From positions 26,228,001 to 26,292,000 of the forward strand of contig NW_024704742.1 of assembly GCF_018977255.1 (NCBI RefSeq): a stretch of DNA of 64,000 bases, given 5' to 3'. A program made the translations under genes and the position numbers. Below the pieces are notes generated by a model, which was given only the letters and a program-made list of their open reading frames with translations, was not told the DNA's origin and made no database searches. Source of the DNA: Callorhinchus milii (Eukaryota). This document shows positions 12,092-24,414 of this stretch, piece by piece (within the stretch, counting starts at the first letter, position 1; each line of letters begins with the position of its first letter).

Positions 12092-13349
12092 CTGTGAAAG
12101 GAAACAAAAACAAGTTTAAAATACCCACTGAAATTACTTCAGTTCATTTCAAAACATTTCAACAGCGCTGCATGAGGCAAATTGATCTTAATATGTGAAG
12201 ATGCATGTTTCAGTTGTGATTCATTTGAATACATCTGCCCAGTGATTGCATTAGAGACATCCTTAAAGCATTAAACTCATTGACAACATATGGAGAGCTC
12301 AGCAAATTTAATGGGTATGATTCAAATTTACACAGTAGTGAGTGACACTAGAACAATAAATTCGATATAAGTTTGCAATTAAATTAGTTTATTTAATGAG
12401 AGGACACTGAGTATGAATATGTGGCAATTTCTAATGGGATTCCTTAATAAAGAAACCAGAAGCACACCACACAGAAACTCTACTCCAAAGTGATCTGTGT
12501 TCATTCCTATGATTTGATTTTGGAGTGGAATTCCTACTTGACTGAGTGATGAATTTTTGATTAGACCTCAAGAATGCAAAGGGATTTTGTTAGGATGTGC
12601 AATAAACAGGGGATATAAAGGAAGGGGAGACTGTCAATGGTGCAAAGAGGGCACAGTCAGTATAATTAAAGAGTTTGTTTACATTTAGAATCCTCTTAGA
12701 CTATGCAGTATAAATGTTCAAACCAATAAACTAGGCAAATTAAACAAAGCTGAAAAAAATGCTTTTTCCCCAACAGTTTCCATTCCTTCAGCCCAGTAAG
12801 TAATTTTTAAACAGAAAGTGTTTGTGAAAAAGTATGAATAAATAATTTATCTACAAAGGTTCTCAACAGGTCTGGCTCTGATCGTTCTGTCTCCTTCTCA
12901 AAAATAGGCTAAATAAAAAAAACTAAAAGCAATTTCAAAATAAGTCCTAAAGTTTCAGAATCCAGTTCACTGGCAAAGGAAAAACGACACCAAGGATTCT
13001 AAAAACGAACTAGAAAATGGGAGAAGTTTCACTGGTTTGTCCAAAACTTCTACATTTTTTTTTGGCGCCAGCATTTCACACTGATGTTAACAAATCAAGT
13101 GTTAATGCCATCTATGCACACAAGTTTAGAAGAGGGAAAATGAACAAATGATTCATATTAATTATTTTACACCTAGAGTGGGCAATATGGTGCTTTTTGT
13201 ACCTATGCATTCCTATGCTCTTATGCATGTTGGGATTCATTTCTTGTGCGACTATAATAGTGTCTCCTGTGTTAACTGGATACAAAATAAAAGCTTGCAT
13301 GGATTATGCACTGACTCACTGTTGTGCATTGGCCAGAATGTGAGCTCAC

Positions 13350-13406
13350 CACATGGTGAAAGATTGCACTACAGAGGCTGCTCAGCTGCTTATGCTTTGA
13401 AGATTC
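13350..13406 (-). CDS. C4orf50: C4orf50-like exon (ESSKHKQLSSLCSAIFHHV)
   Basis: ttctctttctccttcag|GAA...GTG|gtgagc, 57 nt, phase 0/0. Confidence 0.65.
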
Positions 13407-13922
13407 CTGAAGGAGAAAGAGAAAATTTTGATTAGAAAGCATCAAAATGGCAGAGAGGGCACTACTCATCATGGGAGGTAGAACTGCATTTACACAAACA
13501 GCGTATTCAGCCAGGTGTGCAACAGAAGCCGCTCAAGACAATCTGTCGTTCGCAGCAAAACTCTAGTGCGCTACCCCCTCCCACCTTAGACATTTGATAG
13601 CCTTAACAACAACAACTTTAATTTATATAGCACACTTCCTGTGGGGTAGTGGAGAAATGAATTTACTGTAAAACGTCTGCAGGCCGCTGCCGCCGCTACC
13701 ATATGGCACTCACTGTAGCCCAGTCGCACATTTCAATTTTGTTGGTCAAGCATTCAAAAAAAACTGCTTTTCCCAGAAATCTGCCAACCCTCAGCAGCCT
13801 ACCACTAGTTTGCCTCTAGCTAGGGCATACCCTGTGTGCAAATACTTGTTCTCGTATGCATGTTTACACTAGACCCAATTTCCTCCGCTTGTGTGGGGAA
13901 ATGCACAGATTTAAACTGTCTG

Positions 13923-13944
13923 CACACACACACACACACACACA
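13923..13944. repeat. (CA)n microsatellite
   Basis: About 11 CA units, directly visible. Confidence 0.9.
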
Positions 13945-14589
13945 AAATAGCATTTTGCTCAGTATTTAGAAAACATCAGCAAAAGCACCACATTTATAAT
14001 TCCAGCTAAAGAGGGTAAACACTGAGCAGCAATAAGCTGTAGTCCCTGTAATGGAAGATAATTTATTTTCTATAAATTTAATAGATCCAATTAATTTTCT
14101 AATTACTGACATAGGATATTTAAAATTATGTTTTTTTCTCCCCAATTATCAATCCATGCTCTACAATATGGGCACGCAACAACAATAAAGAGAATCAGCT
14201 CAGCAGCCAAGAGTGTTTGGATGCTCTTTCCATCCTGGGACTTGTTATCTGTTTGTAACTCTAAAGCAAATGGTGCATTGATCGAAATTATTCCACAATG
14301 ACTGTGACTTCCTTGCTGCCTTAGCATTTAGATTTTAATGAGTTTTTTTCACATTTTGTTGAAATATAATCAATTCCAGTAACAAGGGATATTTCAGAAA
14401 ACCCAGACAATTGTAATATTGTATGGTACATATTTCACTCCAAATAATATTTCAGAAAATCCCAAACTGCACCCCCAGTGCATGGGCTACAACACCACAA
14501 ACCCATGCAGGCCTCATTCCATCCAGCCATTGCTTTGGCTCAGATACCAGAAGACTTACAGCAACTCTTCTTCCTATATATCCTTCCAG

Positions 14590-14985
14590 AGTCCAAAGAT
14601 TGAGGGTTCAAGTCTCATGTCGGAACTTTGAGCCCACACAGTCTAGGGTAACACTTCAGTGCAATACTGGAGGAGGGCTGCATTGTTGGAGGCGCGGTTC
14701 TTCAAATAAGACATTAAACCAAGGCCCCATCTGCCTGTTCAGCTGAACATCAAAGATCCCATGGGACTTCTCGAAAAGAGAAGAGTTTCTCATAGTGTCC
14801 TGGCTAACAAGCTCCAAACAAAATTAGTCACTCACTTCATAGCTGTTTGTCGGACACATTGGCTGCTGTATTTTCCAACAAAATACACAGTCACTATACT
14901 TAACAGTAAAATTCTTTGAAGTGCTTTGAGGCATCTCAATTATGTGATACAGGGCTATATCAAATGCAGGGATTATCATCATCAT
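14590..14985 (+). mobile_element. Deu-domain-type SINE (SacSINE1/AmnSINE-related), degenerate
   Basis: Central acacttcagtgcaatactgg...gctgcattgttggagg...gacattaaacc.aggcccc.tctgcc...aaagatcccatgg motif followed by the shared L2-like tail. Confidence 0.65.
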
Positions 14986-15205
14986 CGCTCAGTTTGACGT
15001 TGAGCAGTGAGTTTTCCAACTGAGCCAGCAGAAGGGGTATGTTTGTGCACTTCCATCAAAAGCTCATTTATTTTCATACTTGACAATGAATTGACAAATG
15101 TACCCTTGAGAATCAATAGAATAATTCATCTCTATAAATGTAAAAATGCTGCAAAGGAAAGGCTTGGATGGAATGAAATTGCTCATTAGCACACACTCAA
15201 GTTAC

Positions 15206-15625
15206 CTGTCGCACCACCTCACTAAGTTTCACAAGTAGCGTGTCTACCTCTGAGCCGCCATCAGTAAACTCGTGGAGCTGGCACACAGCTGTCACATACT
15301 GGTAACAGGTTTTATCGAAGCTAAGCTGCAGTTCCTCGTGCTCCCTAACAACTAGTTCATAATCCTCCTCCACCCTCTCCTTCTCCATCTCGGTTTGCAG
15401 CCTTCTCTTCTCTGCCTCCGCTAATTTCTGCTCTAAGGCTTTCATGCTCTCCAAAAGAGTATGAAAGTCTTTAGCCAGGCCTTGCCGCATGCTCTCGGCA
15501 TCCAAAGAGCTGATCCCGAGAGCCTGGTATTTAACCAGCACCCCTTCTTTCTTCCAAAGCTCAATTCTCAAAGCTTCAAGATTTTCAAGTAGATTTTGGT
15601 TTTTAGTCTTTAAGTTTTCAATGAC
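15206..15625 (-). CDS. C4orf50: C4orf50-like coiled-coil exon (VIENLKTKNQNLL...LSEVVRQ)
   Basis: tttatttttcag|GTC...CAG|gtaact, 420 nt, phase 0/0, inside ORF 15197..15664. Confidence 0.8.
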
Positions 15626-17002
15626 CTGAAAAATAAAATCATTAAACACAGAAAGAACTAGCAACTGGGGTCTACGAGCAAATAAAAATCATCTATTGGG
15701 AGATCTTAATTTGCTTTAAATTATGGGAAAAAAGCACAACTTTCTGCACAACAATCAAATGTGGGTGGTATTCAATGAGTCTGAGGTAATACAACATGAT
15801 CTTGCTCTGTGGGCTCTATCACAATCACTATCACAAGTGACACGATTGTCATATGAAATCCCATGGATTTTAAACATGAAACAAAACAATCCCAAGCATT
15901 AGTAATGGCTGCTTGGTAGATCACAGTGGTTGAGTCATTTCTGCCATGTGTAAAGTTGTTCAGTATTAGGTAAGCAATTTGGTCAAGTCTCCTTTCCAAA
16001 GGCTCAACTTTATGTAGCTTTCTATTTTGAGTGATTTTCAATGATCGATAAATAATTCAATGATTGATAGTTCATTAACTTAAACACAGGAAGATGCATG
16101 GAATCAACTGAAAAAACAATGGGCATTATCAAGCATTAACAGTTATTTGGTTAATACAAAGATGTTATCCATCATTCCTAACTTTAGAAACTTGGAAAAA
16201 AATCAACCACTAATCATAAATTGATTACTCAATATTGCTTTATTTAAACAAAATCTTATTGTAATTTAGGATATTGTTGTACTGAGAAGAAAATTGGCCT
16301 GAATAGGTTGCTGTGTAAGGGAGCAATGGCTATCTGAAATGAAATGAAATCCAGTCTATAAAATGCTTCATCCAGGATCAAACAAGAATGTTTCTGTATT
16401 ACTCATAACACTCTTTCTACAGCAATCTAATAGGTTCAAGAAGCAGCATTGTCAGAACTAAAAACTTCATTCAACCTCATTCATTCTCTTTTTTCTTCAG
16501 CAACTAGGTTATGAAGTTAGTTCAGGGCTGAAGGAAGTTGCTGGTTGTTCTGTTGTGTATTCTACTGTAAAGCACACTATGGACATCTTGTGGTAAGAAC
16601 CAAGTATTTCAACTGCACAAAGTATTTTTAGTCCCTAGATGCATAATAGCATTCTGGCATCAGAAATACAGTCATGGATTTAACATGATTTGACGTATAT
16701 GAGCACTGATACAGGTGCATTTTATTTACTGTACTAATAGAAATTACATAGCGGAATAACAGGAATGCTGCAGCTTCCAACCTTACTCCTTAGCTTCCAG
16801 ATTTCTAGCATCTGCAGTATTTGGTGTTTTGTTTACTCCTGAGCTGTTTTTTTCTAGCCACTAGATCTTAAATATGTGACGAGAAGACAAGTGTGTGAGT
16901 AAAACTATAACAAGAAACTGCAGAATTCTCTAAATTGCAGTTTGACATGATCAGAAATGGGAGTAAACATGGATAGTGTGTGGACGAAGCCTTTTATCTC
17001 AC

Positions 17003-17065
17003 CTTCTGAGCAATCTCTTGATCTAGCTGTACTTCACCTGTCCTGAAGTGTAATTCACTCTCGTT
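17003..17065 (-). CDS. C4orf50: C4orf50-like exon (NESELHFRTGEVQLDQEIAQK)
   Basis: gtttgttctctgttctag|AAC...AAG|gtgaga, 63 nt, phase 0/0. Confidence 0.7.
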
Positions 17066-17169
17066 CTAGAACAGAGAACAAACAGGGCTGCATGAGAGCA
17101 GGTAACATTTGTTTCTCTTGTGTCGTTAAAGTCATGAAAGGCAGTCCATATTGAAATATTGCTGTCAAG

Positions 17170-17770
17170 AATAATGGGTAAAAGCATCATCTGGGCCAGT
17201 ACTAGTCCGTACAAGACCCAAAGGTTGCAAGTTCAACTCCCAGTCTGTGCTGAGTTGTTGATCTTAGCCAGGGCAGCAGTTGAGGTGCTACAATTGGCCT
17301 CAGTGCCCAGGGCTAAGGAGAGGATGACCATTGATTGTTATCCAGAGACCATTAATGGACAGTGTGCACACACACGCACACACACACACACGTGTGTGAG
17401 TATATATACATTCAAGGCCTGAAATTCCACCTAATTTTAACCTGCAGGTGCAGTCTCCTTGAAAATTTAAGAATGATGGAAAATGCTTAAGTTCGGTCTT
17501 GATTTGGTTTTCCTCAGGGCTTAAAGTAGCCCAGCTTCCAAATTAATACCCAATTTAAGAAATTTCAAGTTTTGCACGATTTTACATTTTAGGACAAAAT
17601 GGTCTTACCAGTGAACACTAGGTAGAATTTCTGGTCTCGGTTGAGAACAGGGATGGGGCTCAATCCTGATGCCTCAAATCAGTCTAACAGCCTGAAGCAC
17701 TCAGTGTCAAGGCTCAGGCACGGTCACTCGAGTGAGGTGCTGGAGGGTGATCTGTGTCTTTGAAGCCATT
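17170..17770 (+). mobile_element. Second SINE-like family (tgtgctgagtt...ctacaattggcctcagtgccc...), interrupted by a MITE-like insert
   Basis: Related fragments at ~45140-45400 (-), ~47860-48070 (+) and ~61090-61230 (+). Confidence 0.5.
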
Positions 17771-17969
17771 GAAGAATAAAGAACTCAAAAAATGGGATAG
17801 AGAAGTCGAGAAAATTGGAGCAGAAAAATTGTTAAGAAGAAACAAAATAAGATGACGGGAGTCTTTTGAAATGATGATTCTTCAGCAAGGAAGACATGAC
17901 AAGCGGTGTTTTCTAACACTTAAGCTTATTTCCAATTATTGCCTCTTGCTGATGTCTGTGCCAGTGCTT

Positions 17970-18921
17970 ACAACAACAACAACAACTTGGATTTATATGG
18001 AGCCCTTCACGCTGGACAGCATCTCAGAGCGCTTCAAAATAATGGATACCGGGGCAGAGCCAGGGGGAGGGGGAGGAAGGTGATCAAAGGCCCTGTCGAA
18101 AAGAAAGGTCTTTAGCCGAGACCTGAAAATAGGAAGCGAGGGGATGAGGCGAAGGGAGTGAGGAAGGGAGTTCCAGAGCCTCGGGCCGTAGTAGCTGAAG
18201 ACAGGGCTGCCGATGGTGGAGCGGAGGATTCGGGGGACAAGGAGGAGGCCAGACCCGGTGGAGTGAAGAAAATGGGCACTTTTATGAGGAAAGAGGTCAA
18301 AGAGGTAGGGGAGTGCAGAGGAGTGGAGGGATTTGAAGACAAGAGTGAGGATTTTGATGTCGATCCTCTCTGGGACAGGCAGCCAGTGCAGTCTGGCAAG
18401 GACTGGGGTAATCGGGGAGCGGAGTTTGGTACAAGTAAGAATGCGGGCGGCAGAGTTTTGGATGACCTGGATTTTATGAATGGTAGTGGAGGGGAGACCG
18501 GCGAGGAGGGCATTTGAATAGTCCAGCCGAGAGGTGACAAAAGCATGGACCAGGGTTTCGGTGGCTTTTGGGGTGAGATATTGGCAGAGACGAGTGATGC
18601 ATTGGAGATGGAAGAAAACGGTGCTGGTGAGGGACCGGATGTGGGGGAGGAAGGATAATTGAGGGTTGAACCTGACGCCTATGTTGCGTATGGGTTCAGA
18701 GAGTTTTCGGGGAGGTCGGGTAGGTGGAGGAGGTGAGAACTGTGCAATTTAAGACGTTGACGAGAGCCAAAGGGTATGGTTTCCATCTTGTCAACATTTA
18801 GCTGAAGGAAATTCATGCTCATCCAGCTCTTGATGTCTGACAGGCAGGCTGACAGAACATCAGGGGAGTGGGGATCGCAAAGTGAGGTGGAAAAATAGAG
18901 TTGGGTGTCATCTGCATACAT
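17970..18921 (-). mobile_element. L2 LINE, 5'-truncated (RT C-terminus to 3' tail)
   Basis: MYADDTQLYFS...CLSDIKSWMSMNFLQLNVDKME, then LHWLPV/FKIL-type motifs, ending in a (TTG)n tail at ~17970. Confidence 0.9.
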
Positions 18922-19243
18922 GTGGAGTCCTGTAGCTCAGTGGTTAGAGCACTCGCTTTGCAAGTGGGAGACCTGAGTTCAATTCCAGACAGGGCGAAAC
19001 CTTGGGCAAGTTTCCTTACTCCACACAGAGCCTAATAATAATCCCTCCAAAACCAAAAACAATAATAAATTGGTCATTATCAATCTATGACTGTTTGTGG
19101 GACATTGCTGTGCGCGAGGCTGCCGCGTTCGCCCACAAATATACAGTCAATTCACCTTACAGTGTGTTCTGTGAAGCGCTTTGGGATGTCCTCCCGACGT
19201 GAAAAGCACTATATCAAATGCAAGGATTATTATTATTATTATT
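18922..19243 (+). mobile_element. tRNA-derived SINE, short variant
   Basis: A-box TAGCTCAGTGG, B-box GAGTTCAATTCC, tRNA-Ala-like TTGCAAG loop, tail ...ATCAAATGCAAGGATT(ATT)n. Confidence 0.9.
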
Positions 19244-19272
19244 ATGTGGAAGTGTACCCCATGTCTGCTTAC

Positions 19273-19989
19273 CAGTGCGCTTTCAAATGGTTGGCACCTC
19301 TCCTCCACTAAAAGTTTCAATTTTTCATTCTCTTCCAGCACTTCCCTCAGGTATTCTTCCCTCTCCTGTTTGTCTTCCAGCTCTGCTGTGAGCTTGCGTC
19401 TCTCCCTCTCCAGATCCTCCACCTTTTCTTGTAGGCTGCCCTCCGACAGCTTCAGCTGGTGGACCCACGAGCGCAAGTCCTCCAGCTTGTGGCCGAGGAA
19501 GTCCTCGTTGTCCTCCACCTGCTGGAAGCTGTGGCGGAGCTGCTCCTTCTCCTGGTTACCGGCCTCTTCCCTCTCCAGCAGCTTCTTCAGGTCTTGCTCA
19601 AGCATCTCAATGTGGTTCTTGACGTCGTCCACTCCATCCATCGGAAAGTTTCCTTCCTCAGGGAGTTCAGTGGCGGGCACTGAGGCACCTCCCCACGGGG
19701 AGCTCGCTTGCTCCTGCTCTGCGGCCTTTACTGTGGCCTTTTGCAGCTCAGTTCTCAGCACAGCATGGGTGGCTTTGCCCTCGATCATTCCTCGCTCCAG
19801 CTCGTAAACCCGGTTCTGCAGCCAGTGCTCGCGTTCCCTCAGCTCTGCCAGCTGCTGTCGCTGCTTCTGTTTGTGATGTTCAAAGTACTCGTACTGCTTC
19901 TTCACCTCCTCCTCTTTCATCCTCAGCTGGTTCTCTGAATGCCACCGATTCCTCCTCACCACCACATCTGCTCTCTCCTGTTCTGTAAG
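19273..19989 (-). CDS. C4orf50: C4orf50-like exon 3 (LTEQERAD...KLEDLRSWVHQLKLSEGSLQEKVEDLE...ESAL)
   Basis: catttctttgaag|CTT...CTG|gtaagc, 717 nt, phase 0/0. Resembles recalled human [27 protein letters not shown]. The acceptor could alternatively be at 19977. Confidence 0.85.
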
Positions 19990-20184
19990 CTTCAAAGAAA
20001 TGGTGAAGTTGTATATAATGTGGTCTAAAACGCGACGGTTTCAAGCAACCTTCCTGGTTTGGGGAAAGACGTTCCAAATATAGTATGAAGAGTTTTATCA
20101 GTACACAATAAAAGCCTACCACACTCCCCCAATGCACGTAGAGTCCGACTGTCACTCCTCTACCGTACACACAGAGTCTAACTG

Positions 20185-20610
20185 TCAGAGGATCGAGTTC
20201 AAATTCCTCGTCCTTGCTTTCAAAACCCTCCCTTGCTCCTCCCTACCTCTGTGACCTGCTAACCCCATACCGGCCTGTACGCTCCTTCCGCTTAATGGAC
20301 TCTGGCCTACTCCACATCGCCCGCCTGGCCTGCCCCACCATCGACGGTCGGGCCTTCAACCTTTCTGCCCCCACCCTTTGGAACTCCATCCCACAGTCCC
20401 CTTGCCTCAGCCCCTCCCTTGCCCCCTTCAAGGCCCGTCTCAAGACCTTCCTCTTCGACCGTGCTTTCGTTCACCCTTCTTCCATCCTCCCTGCCCTCCA
20501 CCCCTCCTGATGCCAACCACCAGCTCAGGTTCACCCCTTGACTGTCCAGCACTTTGGGACTTCCTCCCGATGTGAAAGCCACTATACAAATGTAATTTGT
20601 TGTTGTTGTT
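20185..20610 (+). mobile_element. L2 LINE 3' fragment
   Basis: RIEFKFLV...LAPPYLCDLL...GRAF...APTLWNSIP...FKARLKTFLF, followed by a (TTG)n tail. Confidence 0.85.
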
Positions 20611-21896
20611 GGCAGTGTCACATTCCCCTACTGTACACACAGTCTCACTGTCAGTGTCACATTTGCCTACAAAAGCAGAAACTATATATGAGAGTAATTA
20701 ATGTGAATCACCTTGAGAGAAGGGAATAGAGGGCTGTGGGAGAGAGTATTAAGATGGGTGGGGGCCTCACTTGGAGTACAAACACCAGCGCCGAATGGCC
20801 TATTTCCATGCTGGAACATTCTACATAATTCTATGCTGAGACGTTTATTGTGCTAAAGTTTTTTCCATGCCTGGTGGCGTCTTCAGTGCAAGTTGTAGTT
20901 ACACTGAACACACCACCAGGTGTCAATCCTGTGAATAAAATCAAATGTGAAGAGCCTTTTACCTGAGAATAAAATGGATTCCATGTCAGTTTTTTTTAAA
21001 AACTTTCAAAGCCTAGTTTGGTCTTGAACAGTTGTTTTAGTTCCTTTATTTTAAATACTTCACCCATTCCTTGCTTTGCTAGGGTAAGCTGATGCTTTTT
21101 TTTGTCAGTGAGATGATTTAGCCCAGCACAATGAGATAATACATACAGTGCACAATACGATTAGATTAGCTAAGTAGTGATAGTAACCCATCCAAGGTTT
21201 CATTAGTCAACACAAACCCGTCACCACTCCTCTGACACAAGCAACAACAACAACTTGCATTTATATAGCGCACCTCACGCAAGAATGCATCCCAGAATGC
21301 TTAAACACTCAGAAGCACTCATCTTAGCAGTACTTTACAAAAGGCTTCTAACATCATGCCTTGGGATGTCCTATCGACGTGAAAGCTATATAAATTATTG
21401 TTGTGTATTTAAATAGCAACATTCACTCACTTCATTCAAAGCGTTGAACTACAGACACCACTCAGGAGAGCTATAGATAAGAAATTAGTCGAGGTGTTTA
21501 AAAATAATCAATGCATTTAAGAAAGATGGATAGAAACTTGAGGAGTAAAAATATTAAAGGGTATGCTGTAGGTTATATTACATTAGCCCTGGTTTGGAAG
21601 TCGCGATGTTTCAGTATCACATAGAATCTATTAAGAAACAATGCATTTTTCACTCCCATCAATCTTTGGAGTGTTCATCGCATTAACTAACAGTGAAAAC
21701 TGTTTCTGAAGTAGGATAATGGTTAAAACAATGATTGGAAATGCATCAACTTGAAAACAAAGCTTTTGTCAGAATGGGACACCCATCGAGGACTGAGATA
21801 CCAACGCCTCTTTGCCATCTGGTCGAATGTCCGACCAAGATTACTTCAGGTGACTGTGATTTCAGGGAAGGAAACGATTGAAAATGAAGTTCTTAC

Positions 21897-22044
21897 CACA
21901 GCTGTCAGAGTTCGCTCTGAAACCTGCAGACCTCGGAGCTTTCCTGCCAGATGGGGCTCGCTGATCTCTGGCTGTAGGGACTTGGAATTCAGCTCATCTA
22001 TTTTACTCAATAGCTGCTTCTCAGACCTCTCCAAGTCTTGAATT
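21897..22044 (-). CDS. C4orf50: C4orf50-like exon 2 (IQDLERSEKQLLSKIDEL...SERTLTAV)
   Basis: gtttag|A ATT...GTG|gtaaga, 148 nt, phase 2 in / 0 out. Resembles recalled human RVQELELSERRLLRKVEQL. Confidence 0.85.
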
Positions 22045-22502
22045 CTAAACAGTTCAATAAAAGTTACCACAAGCATTCCAGCAAGATGGAGGAGAATGGT
22101 TTGATGAGGGATTCAGTAGCTCTCAGTGCTGAGCAAAGTTGTATACCTTTACACTGTGCCAACATTAATGGGGTCCAATTTTGTGTGATTCGCAAACTGG
22201 ATTTGTTGTGTTAATTGCGACCTGTGGTTTGCAATTCATGAATTTGACATTTCAACATTAATACATAACTTTGTATCCCAAACAACATCAAAATGACCAG
22301 CACTTTTGCGTTCTGTTTCTTTTTCTTTGCTGAAATAAGAGCCAGTCTCTGTGTGAAGAAATGCTCCTGACCTCAGTTCTAACTATCTTCCCCTTCATAA
22401 TAAATCCCTCTACCAGAGGGAAGAATCATTCACTATTTAACCTGTTGATTCCTTATTACCTCTAATTAGTTCAATCTTATTATAGATTACAATTTATATT
22501 TT

Positions 22503-22820
22503 TGTGGAATCCTGTAGCTCAGTGGTTAGACCCCTCGCCTCTCAAGCGAGAGACCTGGGTTCAATTCCCGGCAGGGCGAAACCTTGGGCTAGTTTCATTA
22601 CTCCACACGCCTAATAATAATCCCTCAGGAAAAAAAACAATAATAAATTGGTCACTTCAATCCATGACTGTTTGTGGAACACTGCTGTGCCCATTTGGCT
22701 GCCGTGTTTCGCCCACAAATATACAGTTAATTCATTTTACATTATATTGTGTGAAGCGTTTTGAGACGTCTTGAAGACGTGAAAAGCGCGATATCAAATG
22801 CAATATTATTATTATTATAT
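22503..22820 (+). mobile_element. tRNA-derived SINE, short variant
   Basis: Collinear with 18922-19243, including A/B boxes and tail. Confidence 0.9.
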
Positions 22821-23619
22821 AGCGCCAGTAGGACATCTTATTGACTTAATTTATAACCTTTCCCTTCAGAAGTGTTCCTGAACTGAACAGACAATCCCCA
22901 CAAAGCCAGTTTTTGTGAGGCATCTGAGGCTGGGTGCTTTTCCAAGGAACAGAAGTGAAAATTGAACAAGTTTTTTTTTACACTCTTTCATTTCGATTTT
23001 TCTCACTTTCATTCCTCTTCCCCAGGTATTACTGCTACCTGTAGCAGAAGCTCTCAATAGTTAAGAAAGGGCCCCTGTATGGTCGTAGTACCCTCTTCAT
23101 TCTACAGGTAATTTGGTTTTGCTGAAAATCCAGAATACATTAATTTGAACTATTTTCTAAAAAATTTTTTAAAAAATGATTGTAAGCAGGTTAGAAGCAA
23201 CAGGTTGTACAGCCTGGGTTTCACCTTAGTCTGTATGAATTTACATATGATGCTTGTGTGAACTCTTTAAATAACCCAGAAATATTCTATTAATGCTTCC
23301 CTTCATTTCAATGAATTATTGAGTGCAGCACAGTATGACCTACATGAACGTCTGTATTACCCCGGGTAAGTACTTGTGGGCAATCGGCAGGCATTCTCAA
23401 ACTGGTACTATTACCTGACATAAAACTGCTGGATGCTAATTGTTGTTCACTGTCTGGTATTTAGATCAATTACTATGCCTGGTGTCTGGTAATGGAAAAA
23501 AGAGTGATAAGAGACTTAATCTGATAATAAGATATTTGTCCCTTTCCTTCTAAGCGCACTTCTTGTAACCAGTCATAAATTGCCAAACGCTCCCCAAGTC
23601 AGTGTCTCTGTGTAATCAC

Positions 23620-24040
23620 ATTAATAATCCTTATTTTTAATATAATGCCTTTCATGTTTCAAAGTGCTTCACGGGAATTCACTGTAAAGTGAGGTGACTG
23701 TATTTTTTGTAGCAAGCCATGCAGCCAACTTGTGCATAGCAATGTCCCGCAAGCAGACATGAAGTCAATGATTAATTTTATCCGGGAATTATCAAAACGC
23801 CGAGACAAACTCCCTTCTCTTTTTGAGTCATGCCATACAATCTTTGACGTCCTCCTGCAAAGGCAGCTGGCACTTCGTTTCAACATCTCATCTGAAGGAC
23901 AGCACCTCAGGCAATGAATCAGACCCCCACAATGAACTAGAGTGTCAGCCTTAACTGTGAGTTCAAAGTCCCGACATGGGGCTTGAACGCACAACCCTCT
24001 GCCTCAAAGTCAAAAATGCTACCAATTGAGCCAGGCTGAC
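23620..24040 (-). mobile_element. Deu-domain-type SINE
   Basis: Reverse complement aligns with 14590-14985. Similar copies at ~33300-33620 (-), ~37860-38295 (-), ~48700-49050 (+), ~52700-53080 (+) and ~56750-57145 (-). Confidence 0.65.
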
Positions 24041-24142
24041 ATCTGACATTTAACAATCCAATAACATCTCAATTGCAACACGTGATTATGTTATACAGTT
24101 TGTGTCCATTTCGAAACAGATGAAAGTGTACAGTTTCTTTAC

Positions 24143-24414
24143 CTGTTTTGTAAAGCAGCCTCTGCTTTTATGAAGTTGCTGATAGTTTTTTTCAGCGTTC
24201 TCTCAGACTGCACGCACTCATCCAGCCTCTGCCTCAGGGTGTCAAGCTCGCTCTGAGTTGCCTGGCTTGCCCGTTCACTCTTTGCCTCCTCCAGGTCCTG
24301 CGAAGTCCAGGAGGTACCAATGGTCACATTAACATTTAGGACATCGAGCCCTTCCCTACTAGGTGAGGAAACGTGGTAACTGATCTCCTTCTCTCGGTCA
24401 ACAGAGGACTCCAT
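24143..24414 (-). CDS. C4orf50: C4orf50-like first coding exon (MESSVDREKEISYHVSSPSREGLDVLNVNVTIGTSWTSQDLEE...)
   Basis: ATG at 24414, donor AG|gtaaag, phase 2. Resembles the recalled human N-terminus [44 protein letters not shown]. Synteny downstream of JAKMIP1 also fits. Confidence 0.85.

Noticed and set aside
18922..18995. tRNA gene
   Set aside because: The tRNA-like sequence continues into a SINE body and tail and is repeated many times.
19181..19807. Ser-rich plus-strand ORFs (also 26700-27449 and 8308-9316)
   Set aside because: They are antisense shadows of E/K-rich coiled-coil exons.
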